From: Candidatus Latescibacterota bacterium
Lineage (GTDB): Bacteria; Latescibacterota; UBA2968; UBA8231
Direction of reading: 5' to 3'
DNA: 64,000 bases
Assembly: GCA_965223905.1 (NCBI GenBank)
Contig: CBDCXV010000011.1
Span: 1,216,001-1,280,000, forward strand
How positions within the stretch are numbered: position 1 is the stretch's first letter; every line of letters begins with the position of its first letter. Position numbers and translations under genes: made by a program. Below are positions 10,010 to 22,515 of the stretch, one piece after another. The notes beneath the pieces were generated by a model that saw only the letters and a list, made by a program, of their open reading frames with translations, ran no database searches and was not told the DNA's origin.

Positions 10010-10402
10010 TCAAGCCATCGGCTCGCGGCGTTCGCACAGCTGCAGGGCGAGGCCCCAGGGGTCGCGCAGCATGGCCATGCGATCCCCCCAGGCGTTCTCC
10101 GAGACCCCGCCGAGAGCGGTGGCCCCGGCCGCGGTCAGGCGCTCGTGGTCGGTGCGGGCGTCGTCGCTGGCGAAGGCGATGTGCAGCAGCAGCGGGTTCA
10201 TCGACCCGTAGTCGGGGACCTCGTCCGGCAGGGCGCGGTAGATCTCGAGCATCAGGCGGCCGCTGCCGTCGGCGAGGAACCGGGTGTCCGCGGGCGGATC
10301 GCCGGCGCGCACGACCTGCATGCCGAGGTGGCGGCAGTACCATTCCGTCATGGCGACGGGATCCTCGACGTTGACGGCGAAGTGCTCGACGTGAAGTGCC
10401 AT
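10010..10402 (-). CDS. VOC/glyoxalase family protein
   Basis: EHFAVNV...LEIY...HIAF...LRDPWG. Confidence 0.8.
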   Translation of the reverse strand: MALHVEHFAVNVEDPVAMTEWYCRHLGMQVVRAGDPPADTRFLADGSGRLMLEIYRALPDEVPDYGSMNPLLLHIAFASDDARTDHERLTAAGATALGGVSENAWGDRMAMLRDPWGLALQLCERREPMA

Positions 10403-10432
10403 GGAACAGCTCCTCTGAAGCGGAACTCCAAC

Positions 10433-10501
10433 AGCCTGTTGAAAAGGTCCATCCGGGCTGCGCCCGGCCCTGGCCTGCAGAGCAACTTCATCAACGGGCT
10501 G
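10433..10501. repeat. Small inverted-repeat (MITE/REP-like) element
   Basis: CAGCCTGTTGAAAA ... TTCATCAACGGGCTG imperfect terminal inverted repeats in an intergenic region. Confidence 0.35.
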
Positions 10502-10602
10502 CCGTGCGTTGTCGGTGGAATCTGCAGGCGCTACGTTCTTTTCGATTGAAGTCCGCACGCCCGCGGCGAGACCGCAAATATAGAAAACCCGCTCCCTGCC
10601 TC

Positions 10603-11649
10603 GTGAAGATCGCCGTACTGCTCTCGGGAGGAGTCGACAGCTCCGTCGCCCTGCGCCTGCTCGTGGAGGAGGGAGGGCACGAGCTGCGCGCCTGCTACCT
10701 GAAGGTCTGGCTCGAGGACGATGCGGTGCTCGCCGGCGACTGCCCCTGGGAGGAGGACGTCCGCTACGTCCGCGCCGTCTGCGAGCAGCTCGGCGTCCCC
10801 TTGGAGATCGTGCCGCTCCAGACCGAGTACCTCGAGCACGTGGTCGACCACGCCCTCGGCGAGCTCAGGGCCGGGCGCACCCCGAGCCCGGACATCCTCT
10901 GCAACCAGCGCATCAAGTTCGGGGCTTTCCTCGAGCGGGCGGGAGATTGCGACGCCGTCGCCTCCGGGCATTACGCCCGCGTCGGCCGGGAGAACGGCCG
11001 GGCGGTTCTGCTGCGCGCCGCCGACCCGGTCAAGGACCAGACCTACTTCCTGTCGAGCCTCTGCCAGCAGCAGCTGCAGGGCCTGCTCTTCCCGGTCGGC
11101 CACCTCCGGAAACAGGAGGTCCGCGACCTCGCCGCCCGTTTCCAACTGCCCACCAAGAACCGCAAGGACAGCCAGGGAATCTGCTTCCTCGGCAAGATCG
11201 ACTACCGCGAATTCGTCGCCCGGCGCCTCGGAAAAAAGGAGGGCGCCATCCTCGAGAAGGGGAGCAGCCGCGAGCTCGGCAGGCACCGGGGGTACTGGTT
11301 CTACACCATCGGCCAGCGCTTCGGCCTCGGCCTCGGGGGCGGCCCGTGGTACGTGGTCGCCAAGGACCTCGAGCGCAACCTCGTGTACGTCGCCCACCGC
11401 GACGCCGCGGAAACCCGGCAGCGCCGGCAGTTCCACGTCGACCGCGTCAACTGGATCTCGGGACCGCCGCAACGGACCGACCTGCAGTGCAAGCTGCGCC
11501 ACGGCCCCGGGACGACCGGCTGCCGCATCGATCCGGGGGCGGAGCCGATGGCCGTGACCCTGGAGCGCCCCGACCCGGGTATCGCCAGCGGCCAGCACGC
11601 CGTGTTCTACGACGGCGAGCGCTGCCTCGGAGGCGGGGTCATCGCCTGA
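10603..11649 (+). CDS. mnmA: tRNA 2-thiouridine(34) synthase
   Basis: SGGVDSS PP-loop, GRTPSPDILCN, ASGHYAR, KDQTYFL, KDSQGICF, YTIGQR. Confidence 0.95.
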   Translation: MKIAVLLSGGVDSSVALRLLVEEGGHELRACYLKVWLEDDAVLAGDCPWEEDVRYVRAVCEQLGVPLEIVPLQTEYLEHVVDHALGELRAGRTPSPDILCNQRIKFGAFLERAGDCDAVASGHYARVGRENGRAVLLRAADPVKDQTYFLSSLCQQQLQGLLFPVGHLRKQEVRDLAARFQLPTKNRKDSQGICFLGKIDYREFVARRLGKKEGAILEKGSSRELGRHRGYWFYTIGQRFGLGLGGGPWYVVAKDLERNLVYVAHRDAAETRQRRQFHVDRVNWISGPPQRTDLQCKLRHGPGTTGCRIDPGAEPMAVTLERPDPGIASGQHAVFYDGERCLGGGVIA

Positions 11650-11658
11650 TGCAGACAC

Positions 11659-12441
11659 GTGACTGAGCCCCATCCCAGACTCCTCGAGCTGCTCGAGGGG
11701 GCCTCCGACATCCTCGTCTTCACCGGCGCCGGGATCTCCACGGCGAGCGGCATCCCGGATTTCCGCGGCCCCCGGGGAATCTGGAAAACGCGCCGGCCCG
11801 TGTACTACCAGGACTTCATGACCTCGGAGCGGGCGCGCATCGAGGCCTGGGAGTTCAAGCTCGAGGGCTGGGAGCAGTTCCGCGACGCCAGGCCGACCCC
11901 GACCCACGAGGCGATCGCCGGCCTCGAACGCGCCGGCAAGCTGCTGATGGTGGTCACCCAGAACATCGACGGACTGCACGGCAAGGCCGGCACCTCCCGC
12001 GACAGGCTGATCGAGATACACGGGACCAACGCCGAAATCGAGTGCCAGACCTGCGGCGAGCGCTCCGATCCGGAGCCTCGCTTCGAATGGTTCAGGGCAA
12101 CCGGACGGCCTCCGGTCTGTCACTGCGGCGGGTTCCTGAAATCGGCGACGATCAGCTTCGGTCAGGACCTGGTCGCAGCCGACCTCGAGCGCGCCGCCGA
12201 GATGGCGGCAAGGACCGACCTGGCAGTGGCCCTCGGATCGACCCTGAAGGTGTACCCGGCCGCTTCCATTCCCCTGATGGCCGCCGAGCGCGGGGCGCCC
12301 TACGTTATCGTCAATCGCGGCGAAACAGGACACGACGCCCATCCCGGTGTCACCCTCCGGCTCGAGGGCAGCGTCGACGAACTGTTCGCCCCGGCATGCC
12401 GCGCGGCGTGCATGACCGGCAGCAATTCGGGAAACGAGTGA
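11659..12441 (+). CDS. cobB: Sir2-family NAD-dependent protein deacylase
   Basis: TGAGISTASGIPDFRG, TQNIDGLH, EIHG, Zn-binding cysteines. Confidence 0.9.
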   Translation: MTEPHPRLLELLEGASDILVFTGAGISTASGIPDFRGPRGIWKTRRPVYYQDFMTSERARIEAWEFKLEGWEQFRDARPTPTHEAIAGLERAGKLLMVVTQNIDGLHGKAGTSRDRLIEIHGTNAEIECQTCGERSDPEPRFEWFRATGRPPVCHCGGFLKSATISFGQDLVAADLERAAEMAARTDLAVALGSTLKVYPAASIPLMAAERGAPYVIVNRGETGHDAHPGVTLRLEGSVDELFAPACRAACMTGSNSGNE

Positions 12442-12442
12442 G

Positions 12443-13207
12443 ATGACGGAACCAGGCCTCAAGTCGCTGTCGCAGACCCAGCTCGACCAGTTTCACCGGA
12501 AGGGCTTCGCAGTGGTCGGTCCCCTGCTCGAGGAAGGGGAAGTGGGCGAGCTGAGGGAGGAGTACGACCGCCTGTTCGCCGAGGCCCGCGAGACCGCGAG
12601 GATGCGCAACCTTGCCAGCGCCGACGGAGAGGCGACCACCCCGGCGGAGGAAGAGATGCTGCAGATCGTGCAGATGTGCGAGCGCAGCATCATCTACCGC
12701 CGGCTCCTGTACGACGACCGCCTCCTCGATCTGGCGGAAGACCTGATCGGCTCCAACCTGCAGCTGTTTCACGACCAGGCCCTGTACAAGCCGCCGCGCC
12801 ACGGCGGCCCCATCCACTGGCACCAGGACAACGGCTACTGGCAGTGCGCGCCGGCGAACCTCGTCAGCTGCTGGCTGACCCTCGACGACGTGGACATCGC
12901 CAACGGCGCCATGCACCTGATCCCCGGATCGCACCTGCAGCCGGAACGGCACGAGCGCCAGGAGGGGACGCCGCTGTTCGACCTCGGCGACCGGGTCGAC
13001 GCGGAACGGGCCGAAGTGATCGAGCTGCCCGCGGGAGGAGTGATGTTCCACCACTGCCAGACCCTGCACCACACCCCGCGCAACACCACCGACCGCGAGC
13101 GCCGCGCCTTCGCCATCCACTACATGAACCCGGGAACCCGCTCCCTCAGGGACGGTGAGCACATGCCGGTGAGCTTCTCGCGCCCCCTGCTGCGGATGCG
13201 GATGTAG
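12443..13207 (+). CDS. Phytanoyl-CoA dioxygenase (PhyH) family 2OG-Fe(II) oxygenase
   Basis: WHQD, NGAM.LIPGSH, FHHCQTLH. Confidence 0.9.
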   Translation: MTEPGLKSLSQTQLDQFHRKGFAVVGPLLEEGEVGELREEYDRLFAEARETARMRNLASADGEATTPAEEEMLQIVQMCERSIIYRRLLYDDRLLDLAEDLIGSNLQLFHDQALYKPPRHGGPIHWHQDNGYWQCAPANLVSCWLTLDDVDIANGAMHLIPGSHLQPERHERQEGTPLFDLGDRVDAERAEVIELPAGGVMFHHCQTLHHTPRNTTDRERRAFAIHYMNPGTRSLRDGEHMPVSFSRPLLRMRM

Positions 13208-13218
13208 ACGGCGACGAC

Positions 13219-13725
13219 ATGAAACAGTACCACTCCCGCATGGACTTCCTGACCGTGCTGATCAACCTGCTGGCGGTCTTCGTCATCGACGCCGCGGCCC
13301 TGTTCGCCTCGTCGAAGGCGCTGGTGCGGGAATCCGGGCTCACCTCGTTCGGCCTCTTCCTCGGGGCGGTCTCGGCGCCGGTCGCCCTGATGCTCTTCTT
13401 CTTTCCGGTGCGCTACTTCCTCGGGAATTCCCTTCTCGTAGTCCGCAGCGGCGTCCTGCGCTGGCGCATCCCGGTCGAGAACATCCACCGCGCCGTGCGC
13501 CTGCGCAGCATCGTTCCCTCTCCGGCCCTCTCCCTGGAACGGATCCGCGTCGACTACTCGAAGGGGAACAGGGTCAAACGGATCTTCCTGTCGCCGGCCG
13601 ATCGCTCCGGGTTCCTCAACGACCTGGCGATGCTCGACCGCGGGCTCTCCCACGACCAGAACGGCCTCGTGAGGTGGGCCGGCAGGATCATGCCGCTTCA
13701 GGCCCGCGACCCGGAAGTCCGCTGA
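13219..13725 (+). CDS. Bacterial PH-domain membrane protein
   Basis: Two N-terminal TM helices; 'LVVRSG...IP...I...SPALSLERI.V.Y...LSPADR..F'. Confidence 0.7.
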   Translation: MKQYHSRMDFLTVLINLLAVFVIDAAALFASSKALVRESGLTSFGLFLGAVSAPVALMLFFFPVRYFLGNSLLVVRSGVLRWRIPVENIHRAVRLRSIVPSPALSLERIRVDYSKGNRVKRIFLSPADRSGFLNDLAMLDRGLSHDQNGLVRWAGRIMPLQARDPEVR

Positions 13726-13903
13726 ACCCAGTTCAAGAATCCCCAGGCCCCGGACTCGCGGCAATGCATCGGGCTGTCCGGGATACTCCTGATGAAGGTG
13801 GGCAATGCCCCGGCCTCGGGCAGGGCAGGGCGGATATACAGGGGGCTCGAACCGGTTTCCCAGGGCGCGATCCCGCCCGGGCATGGCCCGCCGCTTCAGC
13901 CGC

Positions 13904-14749
13904 CTACCCGGGCAGCTGCGCCCAGGCGGTTACATGGGGAGGCAGAAGCAGCGGGCGCTTGGACGCCACCACTTCCTGACGAACCCGCTCCGCCAGGGTG
14001 TCGACGTCGATCTCCTCAGCGGTCGCGAGCCCGAACTCCACAATGAGGGGCTGCAGGCTGCGAAAGCCGTTGGCGATGAACAGGTACCCCGCCCACGACT
14101 CCGGACCGCCGACCGGAGACTCGAAATGCATGTAGGGCTCCGGCAGGCCCGCATCGACGAAGGTGCGGTAGAGTTCGAAGCCCATGCCGACGTGCGCCCC
14201 GGAACGCTCGAAAACCCCGAGAGCCCAATCGATCAGCTTGTTGGCCAGGGGGGTATCGGGGCGATGCATCTGCCTGTAGGGAGTGAAGTCGACCTCCTGG
14301 AAGGCGACGATCCCCCCCGGGCGCACCCGGGCCGCCAGCTGTTTCAGGGCCTCGGCCGGATCGGCCATGTACATCAGGACCAGTCGGCCGATCAGCGCGT
14401 CGAAGTCGTTTCCCAGATCGAGGGTGCGCGCGTCCCCCGCTATGAACTCGACGTTGGAAAAACCGGCTTCCTGTGCCCGCGACCGCGCCGTCTCGAGAAT
14501 CGCCGGGTTGACGTCTACGCCTACGACCGAGCCTTCCGGACCGACAAGGTCCGCGGCGGTCGCCGCCACCTCCCCGGTGCCGCTGCCGATGTCGAGCACC
14601 TTCATGCCGCTGCCAATGCCCGCCTCCCAGAGAAGACGGCGGGTCACCGCGTCGTACAGCTGGGACTGCTGAATGAGACGATCCTCCTCCTCGCGGGTGC
14701 GTCCCATCGTGTATCTCGCATCGCTTCTCTCGCTTTTCGACTCGCTCAT
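13904..14749 (-). CDS. Class I SAM-dependent methyltransferase
   Basis: VLDIGSGTG, VVGVD, RPGG motifs. Confidence 0.9.
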   Translation of the reverse strand: MSESKSERSDARYTMGRTREEEDRLIQQSQLYDAVTRRLLWEAGIGSGMKVLDIGSGTGEVAATAADLVGPEGSVVGVDVNPAILETARSRAQEAGFSNVEFIAGDARTLDLGNDFDALIGRLVLMYMADPAEALKQLAARVRPGGIVAFQEVDFTPYRQMHRPDTPLANKLIDWALGVFERSGAHVGMGFELYRTFVDAGLPEPYMHFESPVGGPESWAGYLFIANGFRSLQPLIVEFGLATAEEIDVDTLAERVRQEVVASKRPLLLPPHVTAWAQLPG

Positions 14750-14943
14750 CGGGCTCGATTCTCCTCTTTTTGGGTTTCAGGGCGTCCATGGACGGGGTGC
14801 GGCCCGGGCTGCCAAGCGAAAGGCCCGGCAGTAGTTGGACAACCCCGCAGTTCGCGAGATGTTCCGGTATTTATAGTATCCCGCGGCAGGGAGTCAAACG
14901 CCGCGGCTCCTCCGGAAATGGCCCTGTTTGGCTGCCTCGACCG

Positions 14944-15488
14944 CATGTCCATCACCGATACCACCCCGGAGACGATTCGTGACCAGCGCGAAGATCGACA
15001 GCGTGACCGTCCATCTCGAAGACCCGGCATGGCTCAAGTGGGCGCTTCCCCTGTCCCTCCTGTTCTTGGCGGCCGTTTCCGTCTTCCAGTACGCCACGGG
15101 ACAGCACCCGGTGCTGTGGCTGCTCGCAACGGCCCTCTCCTTTCTGGGCATACTCTTCGGGGGGCTGCGCCGTATGAGGTCGAACGAGGGCATGTCCGAC
15201 GCCTATCTCCGCGTCGACGCCGAGGGAATCCGGATAAAGCGGCTTCTGTCCCGGCCCCGGCGTTTCCCCTGGGAGCAGGTGCAGCGGGTGTGGCTGCGGG
15301 GTTCGGTTGTGGAGGTGGACCTGCGGGGAGGCCGGCGGGAGCGCTACGTGCTCAACCCCCGGCTGCAGGCCGCCGTGCGCCTGCAGGAGCTGCGCGACCT
15401 GCTTGGGCGCTACAGGGACCGCCACGAGTTCCTGCTGGCTGTAGATGAGGTTGAAGCTGAGAGCGGAAGCCCCCGGCCGATGGGCTGA
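14944..15488 (+). CDS. Hypothetical membrane protein (PH-like); its 3' end is duplicated at 30057-30166
   Basis: ORF 14928..15488 with two TM helices and 'LRVDAEGI...FPWEQV'. The start is uncertain; there may be a frameshift near 14975. Confidence 0.55.
15378..15487 (+). repeat. Left copy of the 110 bp direct repeat bounding the CRISPR-Cas island
   Basis: Ungapped match to 30057-30166 with about 13 mismatches. Confidence 0.9.
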
Positions 15489-15566
15489 GAGTCCCAAGGA
15501 CCACCAGGACGCCTATTGTCGATGCATCCCACAGGACCACAGGATACATTAACTGGAGAGGCCTCG

Positions 15567-15743
15567 ATGACAACGACCAGAACGCAGTTTTCACCCTGGG
15601 ATGCGGCGGATTACCTCGCGACCGATGAGGACATCGCCGCCTGCATCGAAGCGGCATTCGAAGATGGCGACGCGCGCCTGATTGCCGCTGCTCTCGGCGA
15701 CGTCGCCAGGGCCAAGGGGACTTGGCTTGGAGATCATGGGTAG
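15567..15743 (+). pseudogene. Truncated addiction-module antidote protein
   Basis: 'FSPWDAADYL.TDEDIAA.IEAAFEDGD..LIAAALGDVARAKG' then stops before the HTH. Confidence 0.75.
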
Positions 15744-16131
15744 GTTTGCCGCCCAACTCGAAGTGGCTGATCCACAAGGCCGCCACTACGAAACAGTCGA
15801 AGTCATGGTGGACTCAGGGGCGACTTACACAGTCCTTCCGGCGTCGACCCTCGAACGCCTGGGCGTGGTTCCGCACGGCGCCCGGAGGTTCGTCCTGGCC
15901 GACGGCAGCCGCGTCGAGCGAGGCTTCGGCAGGACCTGGATGCGGCTCGACGGCCGCGAGGAGATCTCGCCTGTGGTATTCTGGGACGAAGGCGCCCAAC
16001 CGCTGCTGGGCGCGGTCACCTTGGAAATATTCAGTTTGGGCATCGACCCGGTGAACGGCCGCCTGATTCCCGTGGATGCCTTCATGCTGGAGGTGGCGAC
16101 CGGTCGAGCTCTCGGAGGAGAAGTGGGATGA
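15736..16131 (+). CDS. Small clan AA (retropepsin-like) aspartic protease
   Basis: VDSGATYTVLP catalytic motif, LADG, PLLGAVTLE..LGIDP. Confidence 0.85.
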   Translation: MGRFAAQLEVADPQGRHYETVEVMVDSGATYTVLPASTLERLGVVPHGARRFVLADGSRVERGFGRTWMRLDGREEISPVVFWDEGAQPLLGAVTLEIFSLGIDPVNGRLIPVDAFMLEVATGRALGGEVG

Positions 16132-16149
16132 ATTCTGGCAACGACATGA

Positions 16150-19361
<3,212 letters not shown>

Positions 19362-19377
19362 ACGAAAAGAGCCGGCA

Positions 19378-19677
19378 ATGAGAGAACCCGACTTGCCAAG
19401 AGTCAAGGATGTCGTCGAAGAGACCTTGAAAGAGCGATGCGGCGACGTGTTTAAACTGATTGCGGTAAGGCCGGACTTCGATGAATACGGTGGCGAGATT
19501 CTTGTTATCAAAGCTGTCTTCAACCAGGACCGCCTCGGTGCTCAGCGAACCTCCGGCCTGATACGTCACCTGCGTGCCAAACTGGCGGAGGCGGGCACGG
19601 AAGCGTTTCCGGTAATCTCGTTCATCGCCAGATCCGAACTGAGGGACCGCGACCTTGAAGCCCTCCGATCTTATTGA
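19378..19677 (+). CDS. Small hypothetical protein, likely an MNT-fold antitoxin-like partner of a lost HEPN gene
   Basis: 'DFDEYGGEIL.I..VF...FPVISFI..SE' pattern; overlapped by a stub 'MKPSDLIE' at 19655. Confidence 0.5.
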   Translation: MREPDLPRVKDVVEETLKERCGDVFKLIAVRPDFDEYGGEILVIKAVFNQDRLGAQRTSGLIRHLRAKLAEAGTEAFPVISFIARSELRDRDLEALRSY

Positions 19678-19701
19678 AAGGCGAAAGAATAAACGCCACC
19701 C

Positions 19702-20805
19702 ATGTCCAGACGCAGACTCCCCATCGGCATCCAGACCTTCCGCGAGATCCGCGGGCAGGACTGCTACTACGTCGACAAAACCCCGTACATCCGGCGCCTG
19801 GTCGACGGGGCCAAGCACTACTTCCTCTCCCGCCCCCGGCGCTTCGGCAAGAGCCTGTTCCTCGACACCTGCAAGGAACTCTTCGAGGGCAACGAACCGC
19901 TCTTCGAGGGGCTGGACATCCACGAGCACTGGGACTGGTCGGCGCGGCACCCGGTGGTGCGCCTCGACTTCAGCAGCTCCAACATCCGGACACCGGAAGA
20001 CGTGCGGACGGAAGTGGCGGCGCAATTGAGCGTCATGGAGAATCAAGCGGAGATACCCCCCCGCGACGACGACCCGTCCTTCCGTTTCGGGCGCCTGATC
20101 GAGGCGCTGCACGAGCGCAGCGGCCGGCGCGTGGCGGTTCTCGTGGACGAATACGAGAAGCCGATCCTGGACAACCTCGACACCCCCGAAACCGCCCGCG
20201 CCATCCGCGACTACCTGTTCGGTTTCTACGCGACGACCAAGTCGAGCGACGCCGACATCCATTTCAGTCTTTTTACCGGGGTTCACAAGTTTCCCCTGGC
20301 CGGACCGTTCTCCGGCCTCAACAACCTGATCGACATCACCCTGGACCCGCGCTATTCCGCCATCTGCGGCTATACCGATTCGGACCTGGACGCAGTGTTC
20401 GCCCCGGAGTTGCCCGGCCTCGACCGGGACGAGATCCGCGACTGGTACAACGGCTACAACTGGCTGGGCGAGGAGAAGGTGTACCACCCCTTCGACATGC
20501 TGATGCTCTTCGACAAGCGGGAGTTCGGCGCCGAGCGGTTCGAGACGGACGCCCCGGCGTTCCTGGTCGAAACCCTGACCGGTCTCGGGTTCCGCTCCAC
20601 AGATGCGGACGACATGCTAAGTAGCCAGGACCTGCTGTCCTTGTTAGACGTGGAGGATATGACGACGGAAGCGCTGCTGTTTCAGGCCGGCTACATCACG
20701 ATTACGAAGGATAGGAACCTTGGCGGAAACCTGTTCTGCTACATGGGTTATCCCAACCGGGCGGCGCGCTTTCGCCTCGACAGGGCACTGCGAGGGCGCA
20801 ATTGA
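19702..20805 (+). pseudogene. AAA-ATPase-like protein copy 1, nuclease domain deleted
   Basis: LPIGIQTF, YYVDKT, SRPRRFGKS. The C-terminal tail (QLKEKRYADKY...VERA*) survives out of frame at ~20798-20921. Confidence 0.85.
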
Positions 20806-20944
20806 AGGAGAAACGCTACGCCGACAAGTACCGCGGCTTGGGCCGGCCGATCTACCTGGTGGCCGTCGAGTTCAGCAGGGAGACCCGCAACCTGGCGGCC
20901 TTCGCCGTCGAGCGGGCTTGAAGAGCCGGAACAAGCTGACATCC

Positions 20945-22492
20945 ATGCCCCGACGCAGACTCCCCATAGGCATCCAGACCTTCCGCAGGATTCGCGAGGA
21001 AAACTGCTACTACGTCGACAAGACCGCGTACATCCGGCGGCTGCTCGACGAGGGCACGCACTACTTCCTCTCCCGCCCCCGGCGCTTCGGCAAGAGCCTG
21101 TTCCTCGACACCTGCAAGGACCTGTTCGAGGGCAACGAGCCCCTGTTCGAGGGGCTGCACATCCACGATCGCTGGGACTGGTCGGTTCGCTATCCCGTCG
21201 TGCGGCTCGATCTGGGCAGCGGGAATTGCATCGAGCCGGGGCATCTGCACGAGGACGTGATGGCCCAACTGGAGGACGAGGCGGAAGCAGCCGGCATTGC
21301 GACCCGCTACGACACCGCGCCAGCCCGTTTCCGCCACCTGATCCGGGCGCTGCACCGGCAGGTCGGCCAGCCCGTTGTCGTGCTGGTCGATGAGTATGAC
21401 AAGCCGATCCTGGACGCGCTGGAAAGGCCCGACGTCGCCCGCGCCAACCGGGACTATCTGCGCGGCCTCTACGCGACGATCAAGTCCAGCGACGCCCACG
21501 TCCGGTTCACCTTGCTCACGGGCGTCAGCAAGTTCTCCAAGGTCAGCCTGTTCTCCGGCCTCAACAACCTCAAGGACATCACCCTGGACCCGCGCTATTC
21601 CGCCATCTGCGGCTATACCGAGGCCGACCTGGATACCGTGTTCGCGCCGGAGTTGCCCGGCCTCGACCGGGACCAGATCCGCGACTGGTACAACGGCTAC
21701 AGTTGGCTCGGCGAGGAGAACGTGTACAACCCCTTCGACATCCTGCTGCTCTTCGACAGCCGCAAGTTCAAGGCCCACTGGTTCGAGACCGGTACGCCCT
21801 CGTTTCTGGTCGAAACCCTGTTCCGGCGCCGGATCGGCTCCTTGTCCCTGGAAAACATGGTGGGCACCGACGATCTGCTGTCGAAGTTCGACGTCGACGA
21901 CATCGCCACCGAGGCGCTTCTGTTCCAGACCGGCTATCTCACCATCGCCCGCGCCGAGCCGCGCGGCGGGGAGATGTTCTATCGTCTGGGCTACCCGAAC
22001 CGGGAGGTTCGGCAGAGCCTGAACCGAAGCCTTCTGAATCACCTGACGGGAAGCCCGCCGCAGCAGTCGGAGCACAGAGCCCGGCTCCACGACCTGCTGC
22101 TCGCCAACGACTTCGCCGGGCTCGAGACCCTGTTCCGCGCCTTCTTCGCCAGTATCCCCTACGAGTGGTACACCCGCAACGACATCTCCCGCTACGAGGG
22201 CTACTACGCCAGCGTGTTCTACTCGTACTTCGCGGCCCTGGAATCGGACGTCACCGTCGAGGACAGCAGCAGCCACGGCCGCCTCGACATGGCGGTCCGC
22301 TTCAACGACAGCGTCTACCTCTTCGAGTTCAAGGTGGTCGAGATGGCCCCGGAGGGCGCGGCCATGGCGCAGTTGAAGGAGAGGCGCTACGCCGACAAGT
22401 ACCGCGCCCCGGGCCAGCCCATCTACCTGATTGCCGTCGAGTTCAGCAGGGAAGCCCGCAATCTGGCGGCCTTCGACGTCGAGCGGGTCTGA
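20945..22492 (+). CDS. AAA-ATPase-like + PD-(D/E)XK nuclease (PDDEXK_9-type) copy 2
   Basis: RPRRFGKS, DEYDKP, YPNREV, EGYY, GRLD...FEFK, QLKERRY. Confidence 0.9.
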   Translation: MPRRRLPIGIQTFRRIREENCYYVDKTAYIRRLLDEGTHYFLSRPRRFGKSLFLDTCKDLFEGNEPLFEGLHIHDRWDWSVRYPVVRLDLGSGNCIEPGHLHEDVMAQLEDEAEAAGIATRYDTAPARFRHLIRALHRQVGQPVVVLVDEYDKPILDALERPDVARANRDYLRGLYATIKSSDAHVRFTLLTGVSKFSKVSLFSGLNNLKDITLDPRYSAICGYTEADLDTVFAPELPGLDRDQIRDWYNGYSWLGEENVYNPFDILLLFDSRKFKAHWFETGTPSFLVETLFRRRIGSLSLENMVGTDDLLSKFDVDDIATEALLFQTGYLTIARAEPRGGEMFYRLGYPNREVRQSLNRSLLNHLTGSPPQQSEHRARLHDLLLANDFAGLETLFRAFFASIPYEWYTRNDISRYEGYYASVFYSYFAALESDVTVEDSSSHGRLDMAVRFNDSVYLFEFKVVEMAPEGAAMAQLKERRYADKYRAPGQPIYLIAVEFSREARNLAAFDVERV

Positions 22493-22515
22493 GGATCCAG
22501 AACAAGGTGATGGCC

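Noticed and set aside
11659-12441. Sir2 as an anti-phage effector (Thoeris/DSR-like)
   Set aside because: It is a canonical Zn-binding CobB-type sirtuin in a housekeeping operon with mnmA.
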